A stretch of DNA of 64,000 nucleotides from NCBI GenBank assembly GCA_963709585.1, contig CAVPXI010000014.1, forward strand, positions 320,001 through 384,000, read 5' to 3'. The stretch is from Candidatus Dormiibacterota bacterium (GTDB taxonomy: Bacteria; Chloroflexota; Dormibacteria; Aeolococcales; Aeolococcaceae). Within the stretch, counting starts at the first letter, position 1, and each line of letters starts with the position of its first letter. Positions 1 through 8,121 of this stretch are shown here, in pieces. The position numbers were made by a program, and so were the translations under genes. The notes under the pieces were generated by a model. The model was not told the origin of the DNA and did no database searches. It was given only the letters and a program-made list of their open reading frames with translations.

Positions 1-443
1 CGCTCAGGTCCGATTTGGTGAGCAGCACGACCGGTGCCGCTCCGCTGGACCATGCCATGGCGAGCGCCCGTTCAATGCGCCGGAGGCTCAGTGGAGCGCC
101 GAGTGCGACGGTGATGAAGACGAGGTCGATGTTGGCCGCAACCGCCTGGCCCGCGGTCGCGATCCCGGCAGCGCGACGCATCAACACGCTCCGTCGCGGG
201 AGCAGATGCACGGCGACGCCGCCTTCGATGACGAGCCAGTCACCGGTGGTGATGCCGCCGTCGTCGGGCACGCCGGACAGTGCTGCCGCCAGCGGCGCGC
301 GTTGCTGGCCGGCATCGGTCAGAACCGTCACTACACGTCCGTCGACGCGGATGACGAGGCCGCGGCGGCCGTCGCGAGTGGCCTCAGCGAATGCCGTTTC
401 GAGTGAGCCGTTCCACCCTAGCGCGGTGAGACGGTAAGGTCAT
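1..443 (-). CDS. rsgA: Ribosome small subunit-dependent GTPase A, 5' part (runs off window start; apparent frameshift near start codon)
   Basis: Manual minus-strand translation: LTALGW...TTGDWLV...LLPRRSVLMRRAAG...QAVAANIDLVFITVAL...RRIERALAMAWSSGAAPVVLLTKSDL, the RsgA OB fold and TKxD G4 motif. Confidence 0.9.
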
Positions 444-559
444 GGGACAAGTGGGAACTCCATGCTGCAGTGAGAGCCCGGAGCCCCGTGTGCAGTCCCG
501 CACCAGCGCGTGGCGCGGAATCAGCGGACGATCAGGCGGCGGAGCCGCCGGGTACGACA

Positions 560-598
560 TCAGAGGGTGGGCGCTGCAGGCGCAATCACAAGTGTCAT
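560..598 (-). promoter_or_regulatory. Putative 12-aa leader peptide (MTLVIAPAAPTL) upstream of rsgA
   Basis: ATG at 598 preceded by GGAGG (608-612) at 9-nt spacing; TGA at 560; GC-rich tract between it and rsgA. Confidence 0.45.
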
Positions 599-646
599 GT
601 CTGTTGCCCTCCGGTGGTCGTCTGGATCTATCGACTGCATCGTACC

Positions 647-1336
647 TCACGCGGGGAATGCAGGCATCATGCAGCTCGGGTCACCCGCATCACGAGGACA
701 GAGGTCAGCCCCGGCGAGCACAAGGCCGCCGGCCACGTCGGCAAGGTAGTGCTGTTTCACGAGGACGGTCGACGCGACGATCAGCGCGGCCCAGATTGCG
801 GCTGGGAGGCCGATCCGCCGGTCGACGCGCCACCAGTGCAGGGCGATGATCGTCGACAGCGATGTGTGCAGGCTCGGGAAGTCGTTGTAGGGCTGATCGG
901 ACGCGTAGATGCTTCGGATCAGCCCGGAGAACGGGTCGGTGCCGACGACCTGCGGCCGTGCGACGTACGACTGCAGGAAGAAGTAGAAGGCGTAGCTGAT
1001 GAACCACACGATGATCATCGTCAGCGCGGCGGACCGGTAGACGCGTACGCGAAAGAAGAGAAACGCGATGAGGCTGACGACGATGTAAGGAATCAGCGAC
1101 ACGTAGGGGATGGCGAAGATCGGCACGACCGGCAGCGCTCGGTCCAGCGGCGTCTGCAGGAAGATGCGGTTGGGACCATGGTTGAGTGACCCGTAGATGA
1201 GGTTGGTCCCGAGGATCGCGGGGATGAGCAGCAGGCTCACGGTCAGGCCCCAGCCGCGTTCGGGGAGGATCCCGCGGCCGAGGTGGGTGTTCAGCCACGT
1301 GGAAGGCGGCGCGGGCGTTTCGGCTACCTCGCTCAT
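647..1336 (-). CDS. PAP2-family membrane phosphatase/phosphotransferase (C-terminus probably frameshifted)
   Basis: FPSLH and STVLVKQHYLADV motifs; several TM helices; GGAGG RBS. Confidence 0.85.
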   Translation of the reverse strand: MSEVAETPAPPSTWLNTHLGRGILPERGWGLTVSLLLIPAILGTNLIYGSLNHGPNRIFLQTPLDRALPVVPIFAIPYVSLIPYIVVSLIAFLFFRVRVYRSAALTMIIVWFISYAFYFFLQSYVARPQVVGTDPFSGLIRSIYASDQPYNDFPSLHTSLSTIIALHWWRVDRRIGLPAAIWAALIVASTVLVKQHYLADVAGGLVLAGADLCPRDAGDPSCMMPAFPA

Positions 1337-1422
1337 GTGGCTCCTCCCGGTTCACCCGATTGCGCGGTGAGCCTACCGCGGCACCGTCGCCTGCGCCGAA
1401 TGGCGGGTACCATGGTCGGGAC

Positions 1423-1499
<77 letters not shown>

Positions 1500-1500
1500 T

Positions 1501-1845
1501 TCGCCTGAGCGCTATCAGCGCGTCCGGCCAGCGGACGCCCGGGGCAACAGGATCTTCCTCGCGGCCAGGCGTGATGCCTTCGGCGAGTACGCGCCGCTGA
1601 CAACCAGCGGCGTCCTCCAGCTCCTCCGTGGCGCGGCCGACCGCGCCGCGATCACACGGCATGTGCACCCGCACCTCCTCCGGCATTCGTTCGCGACCGA
1701 GGCGATGCGCCGCGGCATGAACCCGGTGCAACTCGCCCAACTCCTCGGACATAGCGGTCTGCGCATGATCGAGCAGGTCTACGCTCACCTCAACGCGGCT
1801 GACGTCTACGAGGCAGTGATGCGCACGCTCACGGTCCAGAAATAA
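1501..1845 (+). pseudogene. Tyrosine recombinase/integrase, C-terminal fragment only
   Basis: HPHLLRHSFAT, LLGHS and VYAH (catalytic Tyr) motifs; no start codon or N-terminal domains between tRNA end and these motifs. Confidence 0.85.
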
Positions 1846-1881
1846 CCGGAAAACCCAGCCCGCCAGACACACACAGAACCA

Positions 1882-2193
1882 GCTCGCTCCCTTGGTACCG
1901 CTCCTCACTGACACATCAGCCCTTCATCCCACTTCGTTGTGGCAGTGAGGAGCGGGAGCTACGGACAGCAACGCTGGCCGGGGCAAGGGGAGCGAGCGGC
2001 CGCCTGTTGAACTGAAATGTCCGTCGGAGGCGCGCCGGCGTCGCTTTCAGTGGGGTGGCTAGTTCGACTAGCCACCTGAGTAGCCGGGGCCCTTTCGAGA
2101 TTTGAGCACCTACCATGCCGGGCAAAGCAGCGAGCCCGGCGGTCGTCCGCCCATTGTCAGAGGTCGCGTTCCCACGTCAGCAAGGGAAACGCG
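1882..2193. ncRNA. Highly structured intergenic tract (candidate ncRNA or structured ssDNA element)
   Basis: Nested stems 1882-1894/1984-1997 and 1898-1910/1943-1955; hairpins 2054-2076, 2117-2140, 2165-2193. Confidence 0.4.
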
Positions 2194-2220
2194 CCGCAAC
2201 GGGTTCGTGATCGACTGGTG

Positions 2221-2236
2221 ATAGCATCTGTGCTAT
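2221..2236. promoter_or_regulatory. Palindromic operator overlapping toxin start codon
   Basis: ATAGCA-TCTG-TGCTAT inverted repeat, typical of TA autorepression. Confidence 0.6.
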
Positions 2237-2582
2237 GGGTTGGGGCACGGTCGAACTCGAGCCGGAAGTAGATGAGTGGCTCTTCGGGCTCGACGACGAG
2301 TTGTTCGGCCGCGCCGCCTTCCACATCGACCGCTTAGAGGAGAAAGGAGCCCTACTTGACGAGCCGTACACCCGCCAACTCGACGGCAAGCTACGCGAGT
2401 TGCGCTTCTACCTTGGCGGCCAGCCGACACGGGTCAGCTACTACATCGCTCACGGCCGGAGGATCGTTCTCTTGACCGTGTTTGCGAAGACGAGGCAACA
2501 AGAGAAGCGGGAGGTCGCTCGAGCCAAACGAGTGATGGCTCGGTGCATTGCCGAAGGACATGTCGAGGAGGATTCACGATGA
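2235..2582 (+). CDS. Type II TA toxin, RelE/ParE (HigB, Gp49-like) family
   Basis: EPYTRQLDGKLRELRF...RVSYY...IVLLTVFAKTRQQE..EVARA. Confidence 0.9.
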   Translation: MGWGTVELEPEVDEWLFGLDDELFGRAAFHIDRLEEKGALLDEPYTRQLDGKLRELRFYLGGQPTRVSYYIAHGRRIVLLTVFAKTRQQEKREVARAKRVMARCIAEGHVEEDSR

Positions 2583-2866
2583 GCAGGAAGACATGGCAGG
2601 AAGTCCGGGCCAATCGACTGGCGACGCCGGCGGCGCGGGACGCATACTGGCGCGCCCAGCGAGCATTTCAGATCGGCGAGGAGGTGCGTCGGCTCCGCAT
2701 CGCCGCCGGCCTTTCCCAGCGACAGCTAGCGGACAAGATGGGTTCGAGCCAGTCCGTCATCGCGCGCCTCGAGGCCGGCGGCGTCGAGCCAACGCTTGCT
2801 ACGCTCGATCGGGTGGCGAGCGCCCTCGGCGCAGATCTCGATATCCACTTTGCTGCGATTGCTTAA
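2579..2866 (+). CDS. XRE-family HTH antitoxin (HigA-like)
   Basis: RLRIAAGLSQRQLADKMGSSQSVIARLEAG; ATGA overlap with toxin stop. Confidence 0.9.
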   Translation: MSRKTWQEVRANRLATPAARDAYWRAQRAFQIGEEVRRLRIAAGLSQRQLADKMGSSQSVIARLEAGGVEPTLATLDRVASALGADLDIHFAAIA

Positions 2867-2896
2867 CGTCGGCTCGTGCGGCCGGGAGGTGTTGGC

Positions 2897-5009
2897 TTGA
2901 GGTTTCAGAGCATCGATATCCGGAACTTCCGTGCTATTCAGCAGTTCTCCGTCGGAGATCTAAGCGACCTAATCCTCATTGCTGGACCAAACGGCTGTGG
3001 CAAGTCATGCATCCTCGACGCGATACGACTGCTCAAGAGTGTCTACGGCGGATACCAAACGAACGAGTGGATGCAGTGGTTCGGCGAATTTCAGGTGAAT
3101 CTCAATGACCCGAACAACCTCAGCGGAGTCTTCCGCGACAAGCAAATACCCATACAGATATCGGCGGTTATTCAGTTAGCTGCGGCTGAAACCGCGTTTT
3201 TGGCGGAGCACGCGTATCCATTATGCGAGCCAATCATCTGGGCCGAGGTCACGCGTCTCCCCATGGAGGCATACCTGTACTCCCCCCTTGCGTACGCGGC
3301 TCAGTACCCCGCACTCGTGCCTGAGGTCGCTCAACGCTGTACGGATACTGCCGCCGAGCTACAGAGCGAGGTCGCAAAGGCTACTCACTCGCTCTCGTTG
3401 ACACTGTTTCCGACCGGCCAACTCCTTACGTCGCCCTCCCTCGTCGCGAAGGTCATCTTTCAGACTTACGATCCTGAGCACCTCGGGATCATCGACTTCC
3501 ACAGTGCGTCCCGTACCTATGCTCGCGAGGCAATCGGTGGCATTTAATCTGGACGTGAAGGCTCTCGAGACTCAGCGGCGGACACAGACGTTGTACAACT
3601 GGCAAGCAAAATACCAGAACATCAAGTCCGAGTTGGTCACGATGTATGTGCGCTCGCTGGTGTCTCAACAGGCGGGCGGTCCCGACAACGCATCGCAAAC
3701 CCTCGACGAAACCCTGAAGGAGCTTTTCTGTACCTTTTTTCCAGAGAAGGAATACCTCGGCGTGCAGGCATCCGAGGACGGAAGCATCGAGCTTCCCGGT
3801 TCGCCTCTCGACCGGGGAAACGCACGATATCAATGACCTCAGCTCTGGAGAGAAGGAGGTCTTGTACGGTTACCTTCGTCTACGCGGTTCGACGGCGGGC
3901 AACTCCACGATCCTGCTCGACGAGCCAGAGCTCCACCTGAACCCGGGGCTTCTCCAGGGCTTTCCGGACTTCTACTTCAGGCACCTCTCGAGAGGGCTCG
4001 GCAACCAACTCTGGCTGGTGACGCACTCCGATGCGCTGTTACGGCAACGGTCGGGAACCCAAATTTCAGCGTGTTCCACATGACCAGTGCAACAAACGTT
4101 GCACACGGTTCAAATCAGGCAGTTGCGGTCGCCGAGGACGAAATGGAAGCGGCGTTGCTCGACCTCGTCGGTGACCTGGCCGCCTATCGACCAACGGGCA
4201 AGGTCCTCATTTTCGAGGGAGGCGGGGATCGCGATTTCGACGTCAGCGTAGTACGGCGGCTTTTCCCTGACCTCGGCGCGCATGCGAACTTGATTAGCGG
4301 CGGATCAAAGGGGCGCGTCCGCGATCTGTATCGCGCCCTCCAGCGCCTGGCGGAACAAACCGGGTTGGCCGACCGATACTTCGCGATCACGGACCGCGAC
4401 AGCGAAACTCAGGTCGACGACTTGCCCGAAGGCCACGTGTTGTCTTGGGACGTCTACCACATCGAGAACTACCTTCTGGATCCGGAGTTCGTCTTCCGAG
4501 CCTACGCCGCTGTGGTAGCGACCCCAGTTCTTGATGAACCCGCCGCGACGGCGGATGCCTTGAAACGTGTTGCGGAGCGAAGCATTAGCAGGGTGGTTCT
4601 CGTACAGCTGCAAGAGCGAGTGAATAACGAGCTGATGGAGAGCATATCGATAGGGGCGGCACCCGACACCCCGACACCGGCTCGAGACCTCCTGCCTTCT
4701 ATCGAAGCCTCTCTAGACCGAGTCACCGCGTTGAGGGCGTCAGTTGGAAATGCAGCGATTCTTGACGAGTGGGCCACGAGCTACACGGAGGAGTTGCGAG
4801 CGACGATTGCCGACGGAAATTGGCTTGGTCATGTCCCGGGTCGAACCATCCTTCACGCGTTCGTTAACGAGTATCTCGGAGGGGCTGTGACGTACGACGG
4901 TTTCGTCAACCTCATCATTAACCAGATGGTCGCGGTCGGTCATCAGCCGGCAGCCATGAGCGCGGTTCTGGCGCGTGTAACCGCCACCCATCCCCGCCCC
5001 GAAGTTTAG
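2897..5009 (+). CDS. Fused ABC/AAA_21-type ATPase + TOPRIM (DUF4435-like) protein, PARIS/OLD-like; about 700 aa after correcting three frameshifts (near 3544, 3792, 4048)
   Basis: TTG start after GGAGG; IRNFRAI, Walker A GPNGCGKS, signature LSSGEKE, Walker B LLDEPELHL, H-loop VTHS; TOPRIM FEGGGDRD, ITDRD, YHIENYLL. Confidence 0.8.
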
Positions 5010-5707
5010 CGGGCGCCGTCTGACAGCAGCCCGCCAGCTGCATTGATGATGAGTTGCCCTGCTTCTAGGCCTTCATGGCAGAGCCTCTTGGTGCGTTCAA
5101 TCGCTCGCGGTCTGCGCGCTCGGTCGCCTCTCTTCTCCGTCCGCTGTAGGTCAAGTTCGTGGGAGACTTGGTTTCGGGCAATGAACAAGTCCTTGAGCTG
5201 CCTAATCCGCTCGCGCAAAGTACGTGCGTCGATCCCAAGCGCGCCCGCAATTCTGTCCACCTCATCGGCCGATTGGAGGCTAGATCCCGTCAGTTCGTAC
5301 ACGTAATCTTCAATGAGTTGGCTCCGGGGGTCCGGGCTGGTCAGATAGCGTGCGACCGACTTCGAGTCAGCGAGGTCGCCAATCCCGAGCTTGCTAGCGG
5401 CAAACGCCTCAAACTTATCGTGGGCTTGACGGCTTACTGCCAGAAGGCTTGGCAGCGTGTCGCGGATCAAACGCTTCAGACTTGCATCGAGGCCCGCTCC
5501 AGTGAAGACGATCGCCGCTCGAAGAAGATCCTCTTCGTTAGCCGGGAGGCGGCCCTTAAGTAGCGTGCCCTTGGCTTTCCGAAGCGCACGGATAGTCGCA
5601 AGGACGTCAAAAACGGCCTCTACCGAGTTGAAGGCGCTCGCCAAATATCGCTGCGCCGTCTCAGTCCCGGGTTCACCGCTTGCCGGCGGAAGCGGAGGTA
5701 GATGCAC
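5006..5707 (-). CDS. HEPN-domain protein (putative RNase)
   Basis: N-terminal DLLRAAIVFTGAGLDA helix and RNQVSH (RxxxxH) motif; stop overlaps that of the ATPase-TOPRIM gene. Confidence 0.72.
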   Translation of the reverse strand: MHLPPLPPASGEPGTETAQRYLASAFNSVEAVFDVLATIRALRKAKGTLLKGRLPANEEDLLRAAIVFTGAGLDASLKRLIRDTLPSLLAVSRQAHDKFEAFAASKLGIGDLADSKSVARYLTSPDPRSQLIEDYVYELTGSSLQSADEVDRIAGALGIDARTLRERIRQLKDLFIARNQVSHELDLQRTEKRGDRARRPRAIERTKRLCHEGLEAGQLIINAAGGLLSDGAR

Positions 5708-5990
5708 GCTTCCGATCGTACATAGACTTCGAGGACGCGTAGTGAATCCAACTTATCAACGTCGAGCTGCGCAGATTCCTTGGCGCCTACGACCTGAAGA
5801 CGTCGCAAGTGGCACTCCCTACACGGGCGCTGCGCCGGCACCGAAGCCTGGCGCCGGGGGTAGGTTGGCGCCGAACATCAAGACACATGATTGCGCGAGG
5901 CTGCCGCTCCTAAGCAGAGCAGCGTCGCAAGCTGACGCTGCTCTTGAATTCAGGACTGGACCAATTTCGACCCGAATGAAGAACGCAACT

Positions 5991-6035
5991 CTTCCAAGCT
6001 GGATGTCGCAAGTTCGAATCTCGTCTCCCGCTCCA
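5991..6035 (+). repeat. attR: duplicated 3' half of tRNA-Gly
   Basis: 44/45 identity with 1455-1499. Confidence 0.93.
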
Positions 6036-6085
6036 ACTTTGTCCAGGACCTGACCTTCAGCAAGCACTTTCATGGATGGGTGCGA

Positions 6086-6290
6086 TGGCGTCATGGACAC
6101 GCCGCGGGCGGTGGCACGCGAACTAACACGCATGGAAGAGGATGCTCCAGCGGTGCAGCAGTTCAACGCGCACCGACTGGCCACGCTACGGCGGTCGGGG
6201 TATCGGGTCCGGGAGCGTTGGCACCGTTTCGAGAACTTCCTCGCGGAGGTTCGAGAATGTCCTCCCGGGCTCTCTGTGGACCGTGGACAC
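6086..6290 (+). pseudogene. Phage-type HNH endonuclease remnant
   Basis: Across two frameshifts: RHGH...AWKRMLQRC...RYGGRGI / RVRERWHRFENFLAEVRECPPGLSVDR; truncated before the HNH core. Confidence 0.7.
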
Positions 6291-6311
6291 ACGGTGGCTC
6301 CCACCGCGGTG

Positions 6312-7181
6312 TCAGTTGTCCTTGGTTAGGACGTCGCGCAGCTTGTGGGCGAAGGCTTCGGGCTGGCCGGCGTAACCGAATTCGCCGCCTGCGAAGCCCG
6401 CGTGATGGCTGGGGAAGACCGTCGCCTGCTGACCGAGTAGTTCGGCTGTGGCCACCGAGGTGCGTCCGGTGAAGGTCCCAGCGGACTCTTCGCCCACAGC
6501 GATTACGATGCGTGTCGGCGCGGCCACCAGCGCTTCGACGTCAGGGCGATAGCTGCTGACCTCCGTGGAACGCTCGGAGAGCAGGGGGTTGTCCCGGGAG
6601 CCGTCGTCCTCGCTCGGCATCCCGAACTGGGCGGGATCCGGTGTCGCTTGCGCGAAGTATTCCTCGGTGAACTCTCCCTGCCACGACGTCATGGCAATGA
6701 AGGCCGCCATCCCGAAACCCTGCCCCTTAGCCGCGTACGCGTCCCGAAATTGCGCCATGGCGCGGTCGGCGGCCCCCGCATCCGGAAGCACCGGCACCAG
6801 CGGCGGCTCGTGTGCCACCAGCACGGCGACGTCGTTGGCATATGCCTCCACAAGGGCGAGCGAGGTGACCGCGCCGCCACTGCTCGCGAACATCTCGACC
6901 GGCCCGACGTCGAGAGCCCGGATGACGGCGTGCACATCGCCCGCCTGGACGGCGGGCACGTTGTCGACCCGGCCGTCTTTGCGGATGCTGCGACCGAGAC
7001 CGCGCGGGTCATAGGTGACGACGGTGCGGTCGGGGAAGTACGACGCCAACGTTCGGAAACCGCTGGCATCCATGGGCTGCCCGATCATGAAGAGTGGTGG
7101 GCGTCCGTCGGCGGTGGGCAGCGGGCCCTCGACGTCGTAGACGATTGCGGCCTCCGCTGTTTCAAGTGTGTGTGTCTTCAC
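6312..7181 (-). CDS. Alpha/beta hydrolase
   Basis: YDPRGLGRS, ASSGG nucleophile elbow, LVAHEPP, FPSHH. Confidence 0.88.
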   Translation of the reverse strand: MKTHTLETAEAAIVYDVEGPLPTADGRPPLFMIGQPMDASGFRTLASYFPDRTVVTYDPRGLGRSIRKDGRVDNVPAVQAGDVHAVIRALDVGPVEMFASSGGAVTSLALVEAYANDVAVLVAHEPPLVPVLPDAGAADRAMAQFRDAYAAKGQGFGMAAFIAMTSWQGEFTEEYFAQATPDPAQFGMPSEDDGSRDNPLLSERSTEVSSYRPDVEALVAAPTRIVIAVGEESAGTFTGRTSVATAELLGQQATVFPSHHAGFAGGEFGYAGQPEAFAHKLRDVLTKDN

Positions 7182-7196
7182 ACCGGCCCCTCTCCG

Positions 7197-7700
7197 TCAA
7201 TCCACGAGCAACCGCTCGAGCTTGTCGAGCTGCTCGGACCAGCCCTGCTCGGCACCGGCCATCGCCTCGGCGGGCGGCATCGGCTCGAAGTAGGACTGTC
7301 GCATGGTGAGCGCGGTGCCCCCGTCGCGATCCTCAAGGGTCACCTCAATGAGCGTCGCGAACAGCTCCCCCTGCTCGTCATTGACGGCCCGGCCGCTCAT
7401 GACCAGGCGACGCGGACGGTCGATCTCGTAGTACTCGCCACCCATGTAGTGGGAGAACCGGGCGTCGGCGGGGATGGCGTCCGGCCACTCCATCGCGAGC
7501 CGGTACGTCCCCCCGACGCGAAGGTCGACCTCTGCGGCGGGGCATGTGAAGCCGTTGGGCCACCACCATTTCTTGAGCTGGTCCGGGTCTGTGAAGGCGT
7601 CAAAGACCCGCTCCGGCGAGGCCTTCAGGGTGCGCTCGATGACGAGCTGCTTGCTCGGAGTCGCAGATCGGACGTCCACGGCGGTGCGGGTCTCAGGCAT
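7197..7700 (-). CDS. SRPBCC/AHSA1-domain protein
   Basis: IERTLKASPERVFDAFTDPDQLKKWW...DLRVGG...GWSEQLDKL. Confidence 0.88.
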   Translation of the reverse strand: MPETRTAVDVRSATPSKQLVIERTLKASPERVFDAFTDPDQLKKWWWPNGFTCPAAEVDLRVGGTYRLAMEWPDAIPADARFSHYMGGEYYEIDRPRRLVMSGRAVNDEQGELFATLIEVTLEDRDGGTALTMRQSYFEPMPPAEAMAGAEQGWSEQLDKLERLLVD

Positions 7701-8049
7701 CGGGGTTCTCCTCCGTAATGGTTGACTCGGTTTGGGCGGCAAGATGGGCGTCGAGACGGTCGAGGCGGTCGGACCATTCGGCGTGGGCACGACGGAGCCA
7801 GTCGTCCACCGGGAGCAGCCCCTCAAGCTGAAGTCGCGCCGGGCGGCGCTGGCCGTCGCGGGCCCGACCGATCAGGCCCGCCCGCTCGAGCACCTTGAGG
7901 TGCTTGGTGATGGCAGGCTGCGTCAGTGTGGAGGCATCTGCGAGCTCGACCACGCCGGCTTCCCCGGCCGCGAGGCGCTCGAGGATCGCCCTGCGGGTGG
8001 GGTCGGCAAGGGCCGCGAAGGCGCGGCTCAGGGAGTCCTTCATATCCAT
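7693..8049 (-). CDS. ArsR/SmtB-family transcriptional regulator
   Basis: FAALADPTRRAILERL...TQPAITKHLKVLERAGLI. Confidence 0.92.
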   Translation of the reverse strand: MDMKDSLSRAFAALADPTRRAILERLAAGEAGVVELADASTLTQPAITKHLKVLERAGLIGRARDGQRRPARLQLEGLLPVDDWLRRAHAEWSDRLDRLDAHLAAQTESTITEENPDA

Positions 8050-8078
8050 TACCAAGAGGTTATATTACCAGATGGTAA
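8049..8078. promoter_or_regulatory. Tandem ArsR-type operator palindromes
   Basis: TTACC-N4-GGTTA (8049-8062) and TTACC-N4-GGTAA (8065-8078) at the regulator start. Confidence 0.6.
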
Positions 8079-8121
8079 AAGTCAACGGTGTGTCGACCTG
8101 CCGGCTGTCACCGTCCCGTCG

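Larger units (their letters stand above)
1500..6035. mobile_element. tRNA-Gly-integrated genomic island (about 4.5 kb, degenerate)
   Basis: Direct att repeats, integrase remnant, TA and defence-type cargo, visibly more A/T-rich than flanks. Confidence 0.88.

Noticed and set aside
1882-5009. Complete retron
   Set aside because: No reverse transcriptase (YADD-type motif) ORF in the island or window.
2897-5009. Gabija system
   Set aside because: No UvrD-like GajB helicase adjacent.
5991-6035. Second tRNA gene
   Set aside because: Lacks the 5' acceptor strand and D-arm; it is attR.
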